A stretch of 64,000 nucleotides of DNA, from positions 8,496-72,495 of the forward strand of contig CAVVOZ010000016.1 in the NCBI GenBank assembly GCA_963749975.1. Direction: 5' to 3'. Shown piece after piece: positions 25,569-35,620 of this stretch (the stretch's first letter is position 1; every line of letters starts with the position of its first letter). The position numbers were made by a program, and so were the translations under genes. Below the pieces are notes generated by a model. The model had not been told where the DNA came from. It saw only the letters and a list, made by a program, of their open reading frames with translations, and made no database searches. The DNA comes from an uncultured Candidatus Rokubacteria bacterium (GTDB lineage: Bacteria > Methylomirabilota > Methylomirabilia > Rokubacteriales > DASRDR01).

Positions 25569-26748
25569 ATGACGCGACCGAAGCGTGTCCTGATGTTCCT
25601 CCTCGACGGATTCGACCCGGGCTACGTCCAGCCGGCCCGGATGCCGCGGCTGGCCGCGCTCATGAAGGCCGGCGCCTCGACCCTCGATGGTCGCGGCGTG
25701 CTCCCCAGCCTCACGAACGTGAACCACATCTCGCTCCTCACGGGCACGTACCCGGCGCGCCACGGCCTGTCGACGAACTTCTTCTACGACAGGGCCACGC
25801 GGACGGACGTCTTCATGGAGCAGGTCTCGTTCGTGCAGGAGCCTCTCGTGTTCGAGCACTTCAAGGCGGCCGGCTGGTCCACGGCGCTCGTCACGGCGAA
25901 GGAGAAGCTGACGAAGCTCCTCCGACGGGGCCTGGACATCTGCGTCGACATGAAGACCCACCCGGAAGCTCACCGGGCGGTGGCCGGGCCCCCCCCGGAG
26001 ATCTTCTCCCTCGACATCAATCTCTGGGTGTTCCGGATGGCCCGCGAGGTCGCGCTCCGGGAGCGCCCGGACTTCCTCTACGTCGCCACGACGGACTACC
26101 CCCAGCACATGCTGGCGCCCGACGAGCCCGCCATGCAGCGCTACCTCGAGGCCAGCGACGAGGCGCTCGGGCGGCTCCTCGACGTGTACGACCCTGCCGA
26201 GACGGTCGTCGTCCTCACCGCCGATCACGGCATGAACGCGAAGCTCCGCTCCGTCTCGCCGGTGCGGGTGCTGGCGGAGGCGGGTATCACGACGCACGGG
26301 GTGCCGCTCATCCGGGACGGGCTCTACGCACACCACCGGGATCTCGGCGGGGCGCTCTACCTCTACTTCGACGACCCGGGCAAGGCGCGCGAGGCGCACG
26401 CCATCCTGGGGCGGACCGCCGGCATCGACGAGGTGGTCCCGAACGCCGAGGCGCGACGCGATCACCTCCCGCCCGAGCGCGTCGGCGACCTGATCTGCTG
26501 GGCGGCCCGGGACGTCGCCCTCGGCGTCTGGGCGGACGAGCCCGCGCACCGCGCCGAGACCGGGCTGCGCTCGCATGGCTCCAAGCACGAGCAGCGGATC
26601 CCGATGCTGGTGACCGGGCCGGGCGTGCGGGCCGGGCGCCGAGATCCGGGCCGGGCGGACCATCGACCTCATGCCGACGCTCTGCCGCCTGACGGGGATG
26701 GACGCCGGCCGCGTCGACGGCCGCGTCCTCGAGGACGTTCTCGCCTGA
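25569..26748 (+). CDS. phnA: Phosphonoacetate hydrolase-like enzyme (alkaline phosphatase/NPP superfamily); apparent +1 frame break near 26625-26640
   Basis: VLMFLLDGFDPGYV...LPSLTNVNHISLLTGTYPARHGLSTNFFYD...TADHGM...SHGS.... The expected C-terminus (AEIRAGRTIDLMPTLCRLTGMDAGRVDGRVLEDVLA, stop at 26746-26748) is in the next frame. Confidence 0.7.
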
Positions 26749-26967
26749 TGCGGTTCCGACCCACGCCTGGGCTGGGTCCAGTGCAAGTCCAAATCGATTC
26801 GGTGGCTGTGTACGCCGCGGGTGGCGCCGGGTGCTGCCTCCCGCGCCGAGGCCGGGGGTCCCTACACCGGGCGAGGGTGGCCGAGGCGCGGGAGGCAAGC
26901 CCGGCGACGGGCCCCGCGGCTCGCTCAAGGCAGTTGGATCGGCGCTAGCGGCCGGCGCGAGCGCCAC

Positions 26968-29404
26968 ATGCGGGGCGAGGCGGCGGTCGTCGTCGTCGGC
27001 GGCGGCATCATCGGCTGCAGCATCGCGTATCACCTGGCGGCCGCCGGCTGCCGGGACGTGGTCCTCCTCGAGAAGGGCGAGCTGACGAGCGGCACGACCT
27101 TCCACTCGGTCGGCCTCGTCTCGCAGTTCCGCACGTCGCCCGCCGACATGCGCCTCATGAACTACAGCATCCGGCTCTACCGGGAGCTCGCGGCCGAGGT
27201 CGGCGAGGCCGCCGGCTGGCGGCCCGTCGGGAGCCTTCGGCTCGCCTCGAGCGCCCCGATGCTCCAGAGCCTCCAGCGCAGCGTGAGCCGGGCGCGAGCA
27301 CTCGGCCTCGACGTCGGGATCATCACGCCCGCCGAGGCGCTCCAGATCTGCCCCGTCATGAGCGGAGCGGGCCTTCACGGCGCGGTCCACGTCCCGGACG
27401 ACGGGTACCTCGAGCCCAACGGCATCACGCGTGAGCTGGCGCGCCGAGCCGCCGCCAGAGGGGCGGAGGTGGTTACCGGGACGCGGGTCACCGGGATCCG
27501 GCTCGACCCGCGCGGCCGGATCCAGGGAGTCGAGACCACCGCAGGCGCGATCCGCGCGGAGTGCGTGGTCAACGCGGCCGGCCAGTGGGCGCCTCGCGTG
27601 GCGGCGATGGCCGGCGTCGATCTGCCGATCGTCCCCCTGATGCACCAGTACCTGATCACGCGGCCCGTCCCCGGCCAGGAGCTTCCCCGCCAGACGCCGG
27701 TGGTGCGCGATCCCGAGAACCTCGTGTACGTGCGCGAGGAGGTGGGCGGATACCTGGTCGGCGGGTTCGAGCCCCACCCGAAGGCGTGGCGCCTCGACGA
27801 CGTTCCCTGGGAGTTCACGCAGCAGCTGCTCCCCGCCGAGTGGGAGCTGTTCGACCCGCTCCTGGCGGGGGCCATCCGGCGATTCCCGGCCGTCGAGAAG
27901 GCCGAGATCCTGCAGCTCGTCAACGGGCCCGACGGCTTCACGCCGGATGGCCACTACGCGCTCGGCCCGGTACCCGGGCGGCCCGGCTTCTGGGTGGCGG
28001 CGGGGATGTCGATCAACGGGATCGCGGGCGCGGGCGGCGTCGGGCGCGTGATGGCCGAGTGGATCCTCGAGGGCGAGCCCTCGATCGACGTGTGGGAGCT
28101 GAACGTCCGCCGCTTCGGGGCTCACCTCGGCGACCGCCGCTACGCCGCCGAGAAGGCGCGCGAGGTATACCGCTACTACTACGCGCCCCAGTTCCCGTGC
28201 GACGAGAACGAGTGGGGCCGGCCCCTCCGGACGAGCCCGCTTCTCGAGCGGCTCCTCGCGCAGGGCGCCGTGTTCGGGGAGCGCGGGGGATGGGAGCGGG
28301 CCCACTACTTCGTCCCCGGGCGGCCCGGCCGGCGGCAGGGCGCCGACGAGCGGACCTGGGAGCGCCCGAGCTACTGGGAGCACGTGGCGCGCGAGCATCG
28401 CACGGTGCGCGAGCGCGTGGGCGTGCTCGACATGACGTCGTTCGGCAAGCTCGACGTGACCGGTCCCGGGGCCCTCGCCTTCCTCCAGCGGCTCTGCAGT
28501 AACGACGTGGACCGCCCGGCCGGGAGCCTCGTCTACACGCAGTGCCTGAACTCGCGGGGCGGCATCGAGTGCGACGTGACGGTGACGCGCCTCGGAGAGT
28601 CCGCGTTCCGGGTGACGACCGGGACCGGCTCGGCGGCCGGGGACCTCGGCTGGCTCCGGCTTCACCTGCCGGACGACGGCTCGGTCGAGCTCGCCGACGT
28701 CACCGAGCGCCACGCCGTGATCAGCCTGTGGGGCCCCGACTCGCGCCGTACCCTTGCCAAGGTGAGCCGGGGCGACCTGTCCACCCCCGCGTTCCCGTAC
28801 CTCACGTCCCGGCGTCATCGACGTGGGAGGGGTCGAGGTTCGCGCCAACCGCGTGAGCTTCGCGGGCGAGCTCGGCTACGAGCTGGTCGCCCCCCTGGAC
28901 GGCGCCGGGCGCGTGTGGGACGCGGTCCTCGCGGCCGGCCAGGAGTTCGGAATCGAGCCCGTCGGGTACTACGCGCTCAACACGCTCCGTCTCGAGAAGT
29001 GCTTCTACTACTGGGGTGACGACGTCTGTCCGAGCGACACGCCCCTCGAGGCGAACCTCGGCTTCTGCGTGCGGTTCGACAAGGGCGACTTCATCGGGCG
29101 CGACGCGCTCCTCCGCCAGCGGGCCGCCGGGCTCGAGCGAAAGCTCGTCCCCCTGGTCCTCGACGGGACGGCGTGCGTCCTCTGGGGCGGGGAGGCCGTC
29201 GTCTCGGCGGAGAGCGTCGTCGGGCGGGTGCGGAGCGGTGGTTACGGCCACACGATCGGGCACAACGTCGCGCTCGCGTACCTTCCGGTGGAGCTGACGC
29301 AGCCGGGTACGGCGGTCGCGGTGGAGTCGTTCGGGAGACTGGTGCCAGCGGAGGTCCGCAGGGCGCCTCTCTGGGATCCCCGAGGCGAGCGGGTGCGGGC
29401 CTGA
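26968..29404 (+). CDS. Dimethylglycine/sarcosine dehydrogenase-like flavoenzyme (DAO FAD domain fused to a GcvT-type folate-binding aminomethyltransferase domain); apparent +1 frame break near 28806-28815
   Basis: VVVVGGGIIGCSIAYHLA (FAD fold) ... then MTSFGKLDVTGPGALAFLQRLCSNDVD...; continues after the break as VIDVGGVEVRANRVSFAGELGYELV...YYALNTLRLEK... (GcvT fold). Confidence 0.8.
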
Positions 29405-29430
29405 TCACGGCGAGAAGGGGAGGAGCTCCG

Positions 29431-30237
29431 ATGAGACAGTCGGCCGGCCGGCAAGCGCGCCGCATCCTGGCCCTCGTTTGCCTTGTCGCCGCCATCCAGG
29501 CGGGAGCGGCGAACGACGAGGTCCGGAGCGTACCGACCCGCAAGGGCGTCACCCAGGGATTCCTCCTCGTCCGGCCGCCTGGGGCCCCGGTCGCCAGCGC
29601 CATACTGTTCGCCGGCGGCGATGGCCATTTGGCGCTGTCTCCGAGCGGGATCGGTCAGCTTCGCTTCAACTTCCTCGTCAAGATGCGCGAGCGGTTCGCG
29701 CGTCACGGCCTGCTGGTCGCCGTGGTGGACACGCCGTCCGACCGCGTCGACTACTGGAACTTCCGGACCTCGAAGGAGCACGCCGAGGACATGAAGCAGG
29801 TGATCGCCGCCCTTCGAGAGATTGCGCCCGTTCCAGTGTGGCTCGTCGGGACGAGCATGGGCACGCTCTCGGCCGCGAGCGTGGCGGCGCGCCTCACGGA
29901 AGGAGGCCCGGACGGGGTCGTCCTCACCTCCTCCGTGACGCTGACCTCCCAGAAGACCGGCGAGTCGGTGAGGACGGTGCGGCTCGGCGACATCCGCGTG
30001 CCGACCTTGATCGTGCGGCACAAGGATGACGGCTGCCGGTACTCGTCCCCGTCCGACGCGCCGGCTCTCTTGAAGGCGCTGACGCAAGCGAACCCTAAGG
30101 AGCTCCTCACGTTCGAGGGCGGCAATCCTCCGCGCTCGGAGCCGTGCGAGGCCCAGGCGCAGCACGGCTACTTCGGCATCGAGCCTCAAGTGGTCGACGC
30201 GATCGTCGGATGGATCCGCGCCCCGCACGCGGAGTAG
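29431..30237 (+). CDS. Secreted alpha/beta-fold hydrolase
   Basis: Signal peptide (ILALVCLVAAIQAGAA). Nucleophile elbow-like GTSMG. GGGGAGG ribosome-binding site. Confidence 0.55.
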   Translation: MRQSAGRQARRILALVCLVAAIQAGAANDEVRSVPTRKGVTQGFLLVRPPGAPVASAILFAGGDGHLALSPSGIGQLRFNFLVKMRERFARHGLLVAVVDTPSDRVDYWNFRTSKEHAEDMKQVIAALREIAPVPVWLVGTSMGTLSAASVAARLTEGGPDGVVLTSSVTLTSQKTGESVRTVRLGDIRVPTLIVRHKDDGCRYSSPSDAPALLKALTQANPKELLTFEGGNPPRSEPCEAQAQHGYFGIEPQVVDAIVGWIRAPHAE

Positions 30238-30758
30238 GGGGCGGGAGCGATCCCCCGGAGTACCGGGGCGCGCGGCTCCGGGTCCGGCGGGAGCGCCACG
30301 TCTTGCCGGACGGGCGCCGCGTCTCGGTCGACGCGGTGCGCGCGCCCGCCGTGGCCTACATCCTGCCGCTCCTCGACGACGGCCGGGTCGTGCTGATCCG
30401 GCAGTACCGGCCGATCGTGGGCGCCGAGATCTGGGAGCTACCGGCCGGCACGATCGAGGCAGGGGAGTCGCCCGAGGCGTGCGCCCGGCGCGAGCTCATC
30501 GAGGAGGCGGGCTACGAGGCCGGGCGCCTCGATCCCCTGGGGGAGGCGCTCGCCGATCCCGGGCTCACCGACGAGCGCATCTTCCTCTTCGTCGCGCGGG
30601 AGCTCCGGCCGGCCGCGCGCGGGCTCGACGCCGACGAGCACATCGAGGTCGTGCCGGCGCCGCTCGCCGAGGCCTACCGGATGGCCGACGCGGGGGAGAT
30701 TCTCGACGCGGGGACCCTCGTCGCCCTCTTCCGATTCCGGGGCCGCGCCGACCGCTGA
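30210..30758 (+). CDS. NUDIX hydrolase (ADP-ribose pyrophosphatase-like)
   Basis: Nudix box GTIEAGESPEACARRELIEEAGY. The start is uncertain; the nearest in-frame ATG is 30210, which overlaps the upstream gene. Confidence 0.75.
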   Translation: MDPRPARGVGGGSDPPEYRGARLRVRRERHVLPDGRRVSVDAVRAPAVAYILPLLDDGRVVLIRQYRPIVGAEIWELPAGTIEAGESPEACARRELIEEAGYEAGRLDPLGEALADPGLTDERIFLFVARELRPAARGLDADEHIEVVPAPLAEAYRMADAGEILDAGTLVALFRFRGRADR

Positions 30759-30783
30759 GGTCCCCGGGCCGGCGGGCGCGGCG

Positions 30784-31848
30784 TCAGGGCGCGTCCTGGA
30801 AGCGCGGCAGGACCTTGGTGCCGAGGAGCTCGATGGCGCGCATCACCTCGTCGTGAGGCGTCACGCCGGCCTGCACCATGAGGATGAGCTGGTCGACGCC
30901 GACGCTCGCCCAGCCCTCGATGACGCGGGAGCACGTGTCCGGATCGCCCCCGACGACCATGCGGTCGCGAACGAGCGCGTCGTCCGTGTACTTGGCGAAG
31001 CGGGCGCGGTCGAAGTCGGGCCCGAACCGCACGCGGTTCAGGGGCGCCTCGTTGTCCCCGAGATACCATCGCGCGGCGGCGCCGGCCATCGCACGTCCGC
31101 GACGGTCGTCCGTGTCGCAGTGCGCCGTCATGAACGCGGCCACCTGGAAGTTGGGCGCGGCGCCGAAGAACTCCGCCGGATCGGCCGCCGCCTGGGCCGC
31201 GCGGTACGCTGACACCGCCGGCGCCAGCTCCTCGGGCGGCACGGCGGTGAACCCGAGGACGCCGAGCCCCGCGCGCGCCGCGCTCGTGAAGGTCGCCTGG
31301 CTCGTCGCCGCCACCCAGAGCGGGGGATGCGGCCGCTGGAGGGGCTTGGGCACGAGCTTCCGCTCGGGGATCTCGTAGTGCCGGCCCTTGTGCCCCGGGA
31401 AGGTGTCGTTGACGAAGAGACCGCAGATCACCCGGAGGGCCTCGTCCCAGACCTCTCGCGACTCGTCGATCGAGACGCCGAACGCCTCGGTGTGATACCA
31501 GGAGGCTCCCCGGCCCGTACCGAGGTCGAGGCGCCCGTTGGACAGGATGTCGAGCGTGGCCGCCCGCTCCGCGACCCGGACCGGGTGGTTGCACGGCAGC
31601 ACGACCACCCCGTGCCCCAGGCGGATGCGGGAGGTGCGGGCCGCCAGCGCCGCCAGGAACACCTCGGGCGCCGAGCTGTGGGCGATCTCCTCGTAGAAGT
31701 GGTGCTCGGTCGCCCAGTAGTAGTCGAAGCCGACCTCCTCGGCCAGCACCGCCTCGGCGAGCGTGTCCCAGTGGATCCGATGGTCCACGTTCTCGCCCTC
31801 GGGCCACGGCTTCGGCGCCTGCATCTGCGCGATGAGGCCGAACTTCAT
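30784..31848 (-). CDS. LLM-class (luciferase-like) flavin-dependent oxidoreductase
   Basis: MKFGLIAQM...GFDYYWATEHHF...IRLGHGVVVLPCNHPVRVAE...LDILSNGRLDLGTGRG... Confidence 0.85.
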   Translation of the reverse strand: MKFGLIAQMQAPKPWPEGENVDHRIHWDTLAEAVLAEEVGFDYYWATEHHFYEEIAHSSAPEVFLAALAARTSRIRLGHGVVVLPCNHPVRVAERAATLDILSNGRLDLGTGRGASWYHTEAFGVSIDESREVWDEALRVICGLFVNDTFPGHKGRHYEIPERKLVPKPLQRPHPPLWVAATSQATFTSAARAGLGVLGFTAVPPEELAPAVSAYRAAQAAADPAEFFGAAPNFQVAAFMTAHCDTDDRRGRAMAGAAARWYLGDNEAPLNRVRFGPDFDRARFAKYTDDALVRDRMVVGGDPDTCSRVIEGWASVGVDQLILMVQAGVTPHDEVMRAIELLGTKVLPRFQDAP

Positions 31849-32014
31849 GGCCGAGCCTTCCGGGTCTTCGCGTCGTCGCGGGCTCGCTCGTTCGTCACCC
31901 AGGAACGCTAGCCCGGCGCGTCCGGTCCGTCAATCGGGCACGTGACCGGCACGCGGTAGATACGAGCAGGCAGCATGAGAGGCGGCGCGGCGGCGCGCCG
32001 CGGGTGCCGGTCGC

Positions 32015-32044
32015 TTGACAGCGGCGAACGGCCGTCGCTACAGT
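32015..32044 (+). promoter_or_regulatory. Sigma70-like promoter for the plus-strand LLM gene
   Basis: TTGACA (32015-32020), 18 nt, TACAGT (32039-32044). It is followed by a roughly 110-nt leader containing two copies of the palindrome GTCGCGAC and the palindrome CGGCTAGCCG. Confidence 0.45.
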
Positions 32045-32157
32045 CACGCCCGTCGCGACCTGCGGTCACGATCGGCACGCGGGAGACGGCTCTCGCCGGC
32101 CAGCCGGCGGCTAGCCGGCCGCCAGCCGGGCCGTCGCGACGTGGAGGAAGCCGGACG

Positions 32158-33186
32158 ATGCGCTTTTCACAACTCGTCCTCTGCGACCGGCGAGAGGGCC
32201 AGTCGAGCCAGGAGCGCTACGAGCAGCAGCTGGCCGAGGTGCGCCTCATGGACCAGCTGGGCTACTGGGCGTGCTGGTTCGCCGAGCATCACTTCGCCGG
32301 GTACGCGCTGGTGCCGGATTGCCTGCTCATGGCCGCGGCGGCCGCCCGCGAGACGCGGCGGATCCGCCTCGGCACCGGCGTGGTCGTCCTTCCGTTCCAG
32401 CACCACCCGATCCGGGTCGTGGAGCAGGCGGCGATGGTGGACTGCCTGAGCGGCGGGCGGCTCGAGCTCGGACTCGGGCGTGGCTACCAGCCGCACGAGT
32501 TCATGGGCTTCGGGGTGAAGCTCGAGGAGAGCCAGGACCGCTTCGACCAGTCCCTCAGCGTGGTCCGCCAGGCCCTCGCCCAACTTCACGACCTGGACTA
32601 CGCGACCCCGCTCTTCCGGGGGCGTCACGCCAGCATCTGGCCCAAGCCGGTCCAGAATCCGATCCCCTGCTGGGGGGCCTCGATCAGCGAGGCGTCCTTC
32701 GCGCGGTACGGGGCGCTCGGATGGCCCATCCTGACCTTCCCCGCGAACCAGAAGCCGGAGGCGCTCCGGACCCAGATCGACACCTACCGGCGCGTGTACC
32801 GGGAGCATGGCCACGACCCAGCCCGGATGCGCGTCGCCTTGACGATGTTCTGCTACCTCGCCGAGAGCGCGGCCGAGGCCAACGAGACGTTCGAGCGCGG
32901 CATGGAGAAGTACTTCGGCTTCCTCGACAGCATCACGGCCGACGCCGAGAAGCACCAGCACACCCTCTACGATCGGATCCCGACGCTGGCGCGGCTCTCG
33001 GGATCGCCGGAGGACGCGGTCAAGCGGCTCCGCGAGCTGATCGACTACTTCGATGTGACGGACTTCCTGAACGTCACCCAGTTCGCCGGGTACCTGAGCC
33101 ACGAGCAGATCATGCGGTCGATGCGGCTCTTCGCCGATCGCGTGATGCCGCACTTCCAGCGGGGCGCCCGCAACGGCGGGCCGTGA
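32158..33186 (+). CDS. LLM-class (luciferase-like) flavin-dependent oxidoreductase
   Basis: ...GYWACWFAEHHFAGY...IRLGTGVVVLPFQHHPIRVVEQ...LSGGRLELGLGRGY.... GGAGGAAG ribosome-binding site. Confidence 0.85.
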   Translation: MRFSQLVLCDRREGQSSQERYEQQLAEVRLMDQLGYWACWFAEHHFAGYALVPDCLLMAAAAARETRRIRLGTGVVVLPFQHHPIRVVEQAAMVDCLSGGRLELGLGRGYQPHEFMGFGVKLEESQDRFDQSLSVVRQALAQLHDLDYATPLFRGRHASIWPKPVQNPIPCWGASISEASFARYGALGWPILTFPANQKPEALRTQIDTYRRVYREHGHDPARMRVALTMFCYLAESAAEANETFERGMEKYFGFLDSITADAEKHQHTLYDRIPTLARLSGSPEDAVKRLRELIDYFDVTDFLNVTQFAGYLSHEQIMRSMRLFADRVMPHFQRGARNGGP

Positions 33187-33572
33187 TGCGCCCGCGTGAG
33201 CGGGTCTCGTCCGGCGGGCGCTGGGAGCCGCTCGTCGGGTACTCGCGGGCCGTCCGGGTCGGCGACATGGCCTGGGTGTCGGGGTGCACGGCGGCGGGGC
33301 CGGGCGGCGCGGTGGTGGGCCGGGGGGACGCGTACGCGCAGACCGTCCAGGCGATCCGCACGATGTCGGAGGCGCTCGGGCAGCTCGGGCTCGGCCTCGG
33401 TCACGTCGTCAAGACGGGGGTGTATCTCGCCGACATGGCCCAGTGGGAGGCCGTGGCTCGCGCGCACCGCGAGGCGTTCGGCGATGTCCGGCCGGCCTGC
33501 ACCTGGGTCGAGTGCGGAACGATGATCCATCCGGACATGCTGGTCGAGATCGACGCGATCGCCGTCGAGTGA
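33186..33572 (+). CDS. RidA/YjgF-family protein
   Basis: ...VGYSRAVRVGDMAWVSGCTA...AQTVQAIRTMSEALG...VVKTGVYLAD...VEIDAIAVE. The ATG overlaps the upstream stop (TGATG). Confidence 0.8.
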   Translation: MRPRERVSSGGRWEPLVGYSRAVRVGDMAWVSGCTAAGPGGAVVGRGDAYAQTVQAIRTMSEALGQLGLGLGHVVKTGVYLADMAQWEAVARAHREAFGDVRPACTWVECGTMIHPDMLVEIDAIAVE

Positions 33573-33577
33573 GCGGG

Positions 33578-34095
33578 ATGAGCGGACTCGCTGCCCGCGT
33601 CGGCGTTCGGCGCCGGCCCGCTGGCCACGACGGTCCAGCGCGCGCTCGCCGTCGGCCCGCGCGCAGCTCGGCGTCAGGCGGACCGCGCTCTTCTGGCTCG
33701 ACGACGCCCTGGGCCGCTCGTCCTGCGTCGCCACGGCGGGTGCCGGCGGCACGGACGGGTGGGTCGGCCAGACGCTCGCCGCCGGCGTCGGGATGGCGGG
33801 GCGCGCGGTGAGGGAGGGCCGGCCGGTGTGGACGCCGGACCTGCTCGCCGACCCGCGCGTTCCGATCGCGCCGTGGCTCCGGGAGCGACTCGAGGAGGAG
33901 GGGCTCCGGACGGTGGCGGCGGCGCCGGTCCGGATGGACGGCGCGATCCGGGGCGCGCTGGGCTTCCTGGACGGACCGGGCCGGACCTTCGACGACGACG
34001 CTCTTCGACAGATCGGGCGCCTCGCCGACGAGGTCGCGGCGAGCCTGGTGCGCGGAGCCAGCGCCCAGCCTGAGGATGACCGGGCCATTCGATGA
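33578..34095 (+). CDS. GAF-domain protein, apparently fragmented (frame breaks near 33600 and 33655-33662; no clean start)
   Basis: ORF 33793..34095 carries the C-terminal half of a GAF fold (GMAGRAVREGRPVWTPDLLADPRV...RTVAAAPV...GALGF). Its in-frame upstream extension reads AQLGVRRTALFWLDDALGRSSCVATAG. Still further upstream, LATTVQRALAVGPR lies in another frame. Confidence 0.4.
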
Positions 34096-34208
34096 CACTC
34101 GCGAACGTGAGACCGCTCTGCCCTCTGACGGTGGTGGTCGCGCGATCCCTCACTTCGCTCGCCAGAGATCTCCTGCGTGCGGCGCCCTGACCCGAGATCC
34201 TCGGCGCC

Positions 34209-34962
34209 TCACTCCGGCGCGAGACGGCCGATCCGGGGCAGCACCTCGACCTCCGCCGCGTGGAGGTCCTGGGGGAAGTCGATCTCGATCCAGGGGAGCC
34301 CGGCCGTCGGGCACATCGCGAACGGGTGCCCACCCAGGAGGCCGTCGAGGGCGACCTCGTAGTCGCCGTCCACACGGCCCTCCCGGACCATGGCGTCGAG
34401 TCCGGCCGCGAGGGCGGATCCCGCGGGCACGGCTCACCTTGACGAAGCCGACCCACTCGGCCCTGGCGTCGTAGGGGACGGCGGGCGGCCCGCTCACACC
34501 CCGGCGGATCGCCACGACCCGCTCGCCGGCCTGGTAGAGGTTGATCTCCTCGCCGGTGTCCATGAACTCGGGCTCGCCCAGGAACACGTTCGGCTCGGTG
34601 GCGCGGACGACGCGCTCGAGCAGGGGCGGCGCGAAGAGCACGTCGCCGTCGACCAGGACCACGTCGTCCCGCTCGAACTCCGCGCGGCCCGCCCAGAGCG
34701 ACAGCCGCGGGCCCTTCTCGAAATCGCGGTTGACGACGTAGCGGAGCGGCATGCCCCGATGGGAGGTGCCGAGGGCGGCCCGGATCATCGCCTGGCGGTA
34801 GCCGACGACGAGGACGGTCTCGTGTACCCCGGCGGCCAGGAGGCCGTCGAGAAGGCGCGCAAGGAGGCTCCGGCCTCCGAGCTCGATCAGGCCCTTCGGC
34901 CGCTCCTCGGTGAGGGGAGCCAGGCGCTTGCCGAGGCCCGCGGCCAGGACGAGGCCCGTCAC
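34209..34962 (-). CDS. Sugar-phosphate / phosphocholine nucleotidyltransferase-like protein (LicC/MobA-like fold); apparent +1 frame break near 34428-34434
   Basis: MTGLVLAAGLGKRLAPLTEERPKGLIELGGRSLL...; after EWVGFVKVS it continues in the frame of ORF 34209..34430 (...GLPWIEIDFPQDLHAAE). The GTG start overlaps the mlaC stop as GTGA. Confidence 0.65.
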
Positions 34963-35594
34963 GGCTTCTTGCCCTTCGCCGCGGCGTCCTCGTCGAACTG
35001 GAGCTCCTCCTGCTTCGTCTTGAGCCGCTGGACGAGATCCGGATAGCCAGACTGCTGGATGATGCGGTTGAACTGGGAGCGGTAGTTGGAGACCAAGCCC
35101 ACGTTCTCGATCTTCACATCGTAGATGCGCCAGCGCTCGTCCACCTTGTGCATCTGATAGTCGATCGGGATCTGGTTCCCGTTCTTGGTCAGGAGCTTCG
35201 TCCGCACCGTGGCCTGGTCCCCGTCGAGCGTCTCCTCACCGTAGAGGATCTTCTCGCCGCTGTAGGCCTCGATCTTGCCCACGTACGACCGCTCGAGAAG
35301 ATCGGCGAAGAGCTTCGAGAATTCCTCTCGCTCCTGCGGCGACCGTCCCTGCCAGTGCCGGGCGAGCGCGCGCTTGCCCGTCTCGGTCCAGTCGAAGACC
35401 TCATTGGCGATGGCGCGGATCTTCTGACGACGCTCCTCGGCCTTGCCGGGCTGCTTGAGGGCCGGGTCCTGGAGGATGGCCAGCACCCGGTCGATGCCCC
35501 CCTTGAGCTGATCGGTCGGCGGTCCAGCCTGGGCGGCGCGCCCGGCCAGCAGGGCCAGCGCCACGATGAACAGCGAGACGGCGAGCCGTCGCAT
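34959..35594 (-). CDS. mlaC: MlaC/Ttg2D-family periplasmic lipid-binding protein
   Basis: Signal peptide MRRLAVSLFIVALALLAGRAAQA, then ...IANEVFDWTETGKRALARHW...FSKLFADLLERSYVGKIEAY...WRIYDVKIENVGLVSNYRSQF. GGAGG ribosome-binding site. Confidence 0.8.
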   Translation of the reverse strand: MRRLAVSLFIVALALLAGRAAQAGPPTDQLKGGIDRVLAILQDPALKQPGKAEERRQKIRAIANEVFDWTETGKRALARHWQGRSPQEREEFSKLFADLLERSYVGKIEAYSGEKILYGEETLDGDQATVRTKLLTKNGNQIPIDYQMHKVDERWRIYDVKIENVGLVSNYRSQFNRIIQQSGYPDLVQRLKTKQEELQFDEDAAAKGKKP

Positions 35595-35620
35595 GCGTTC
35601 AATCCTCCGGATGGAGTCTC

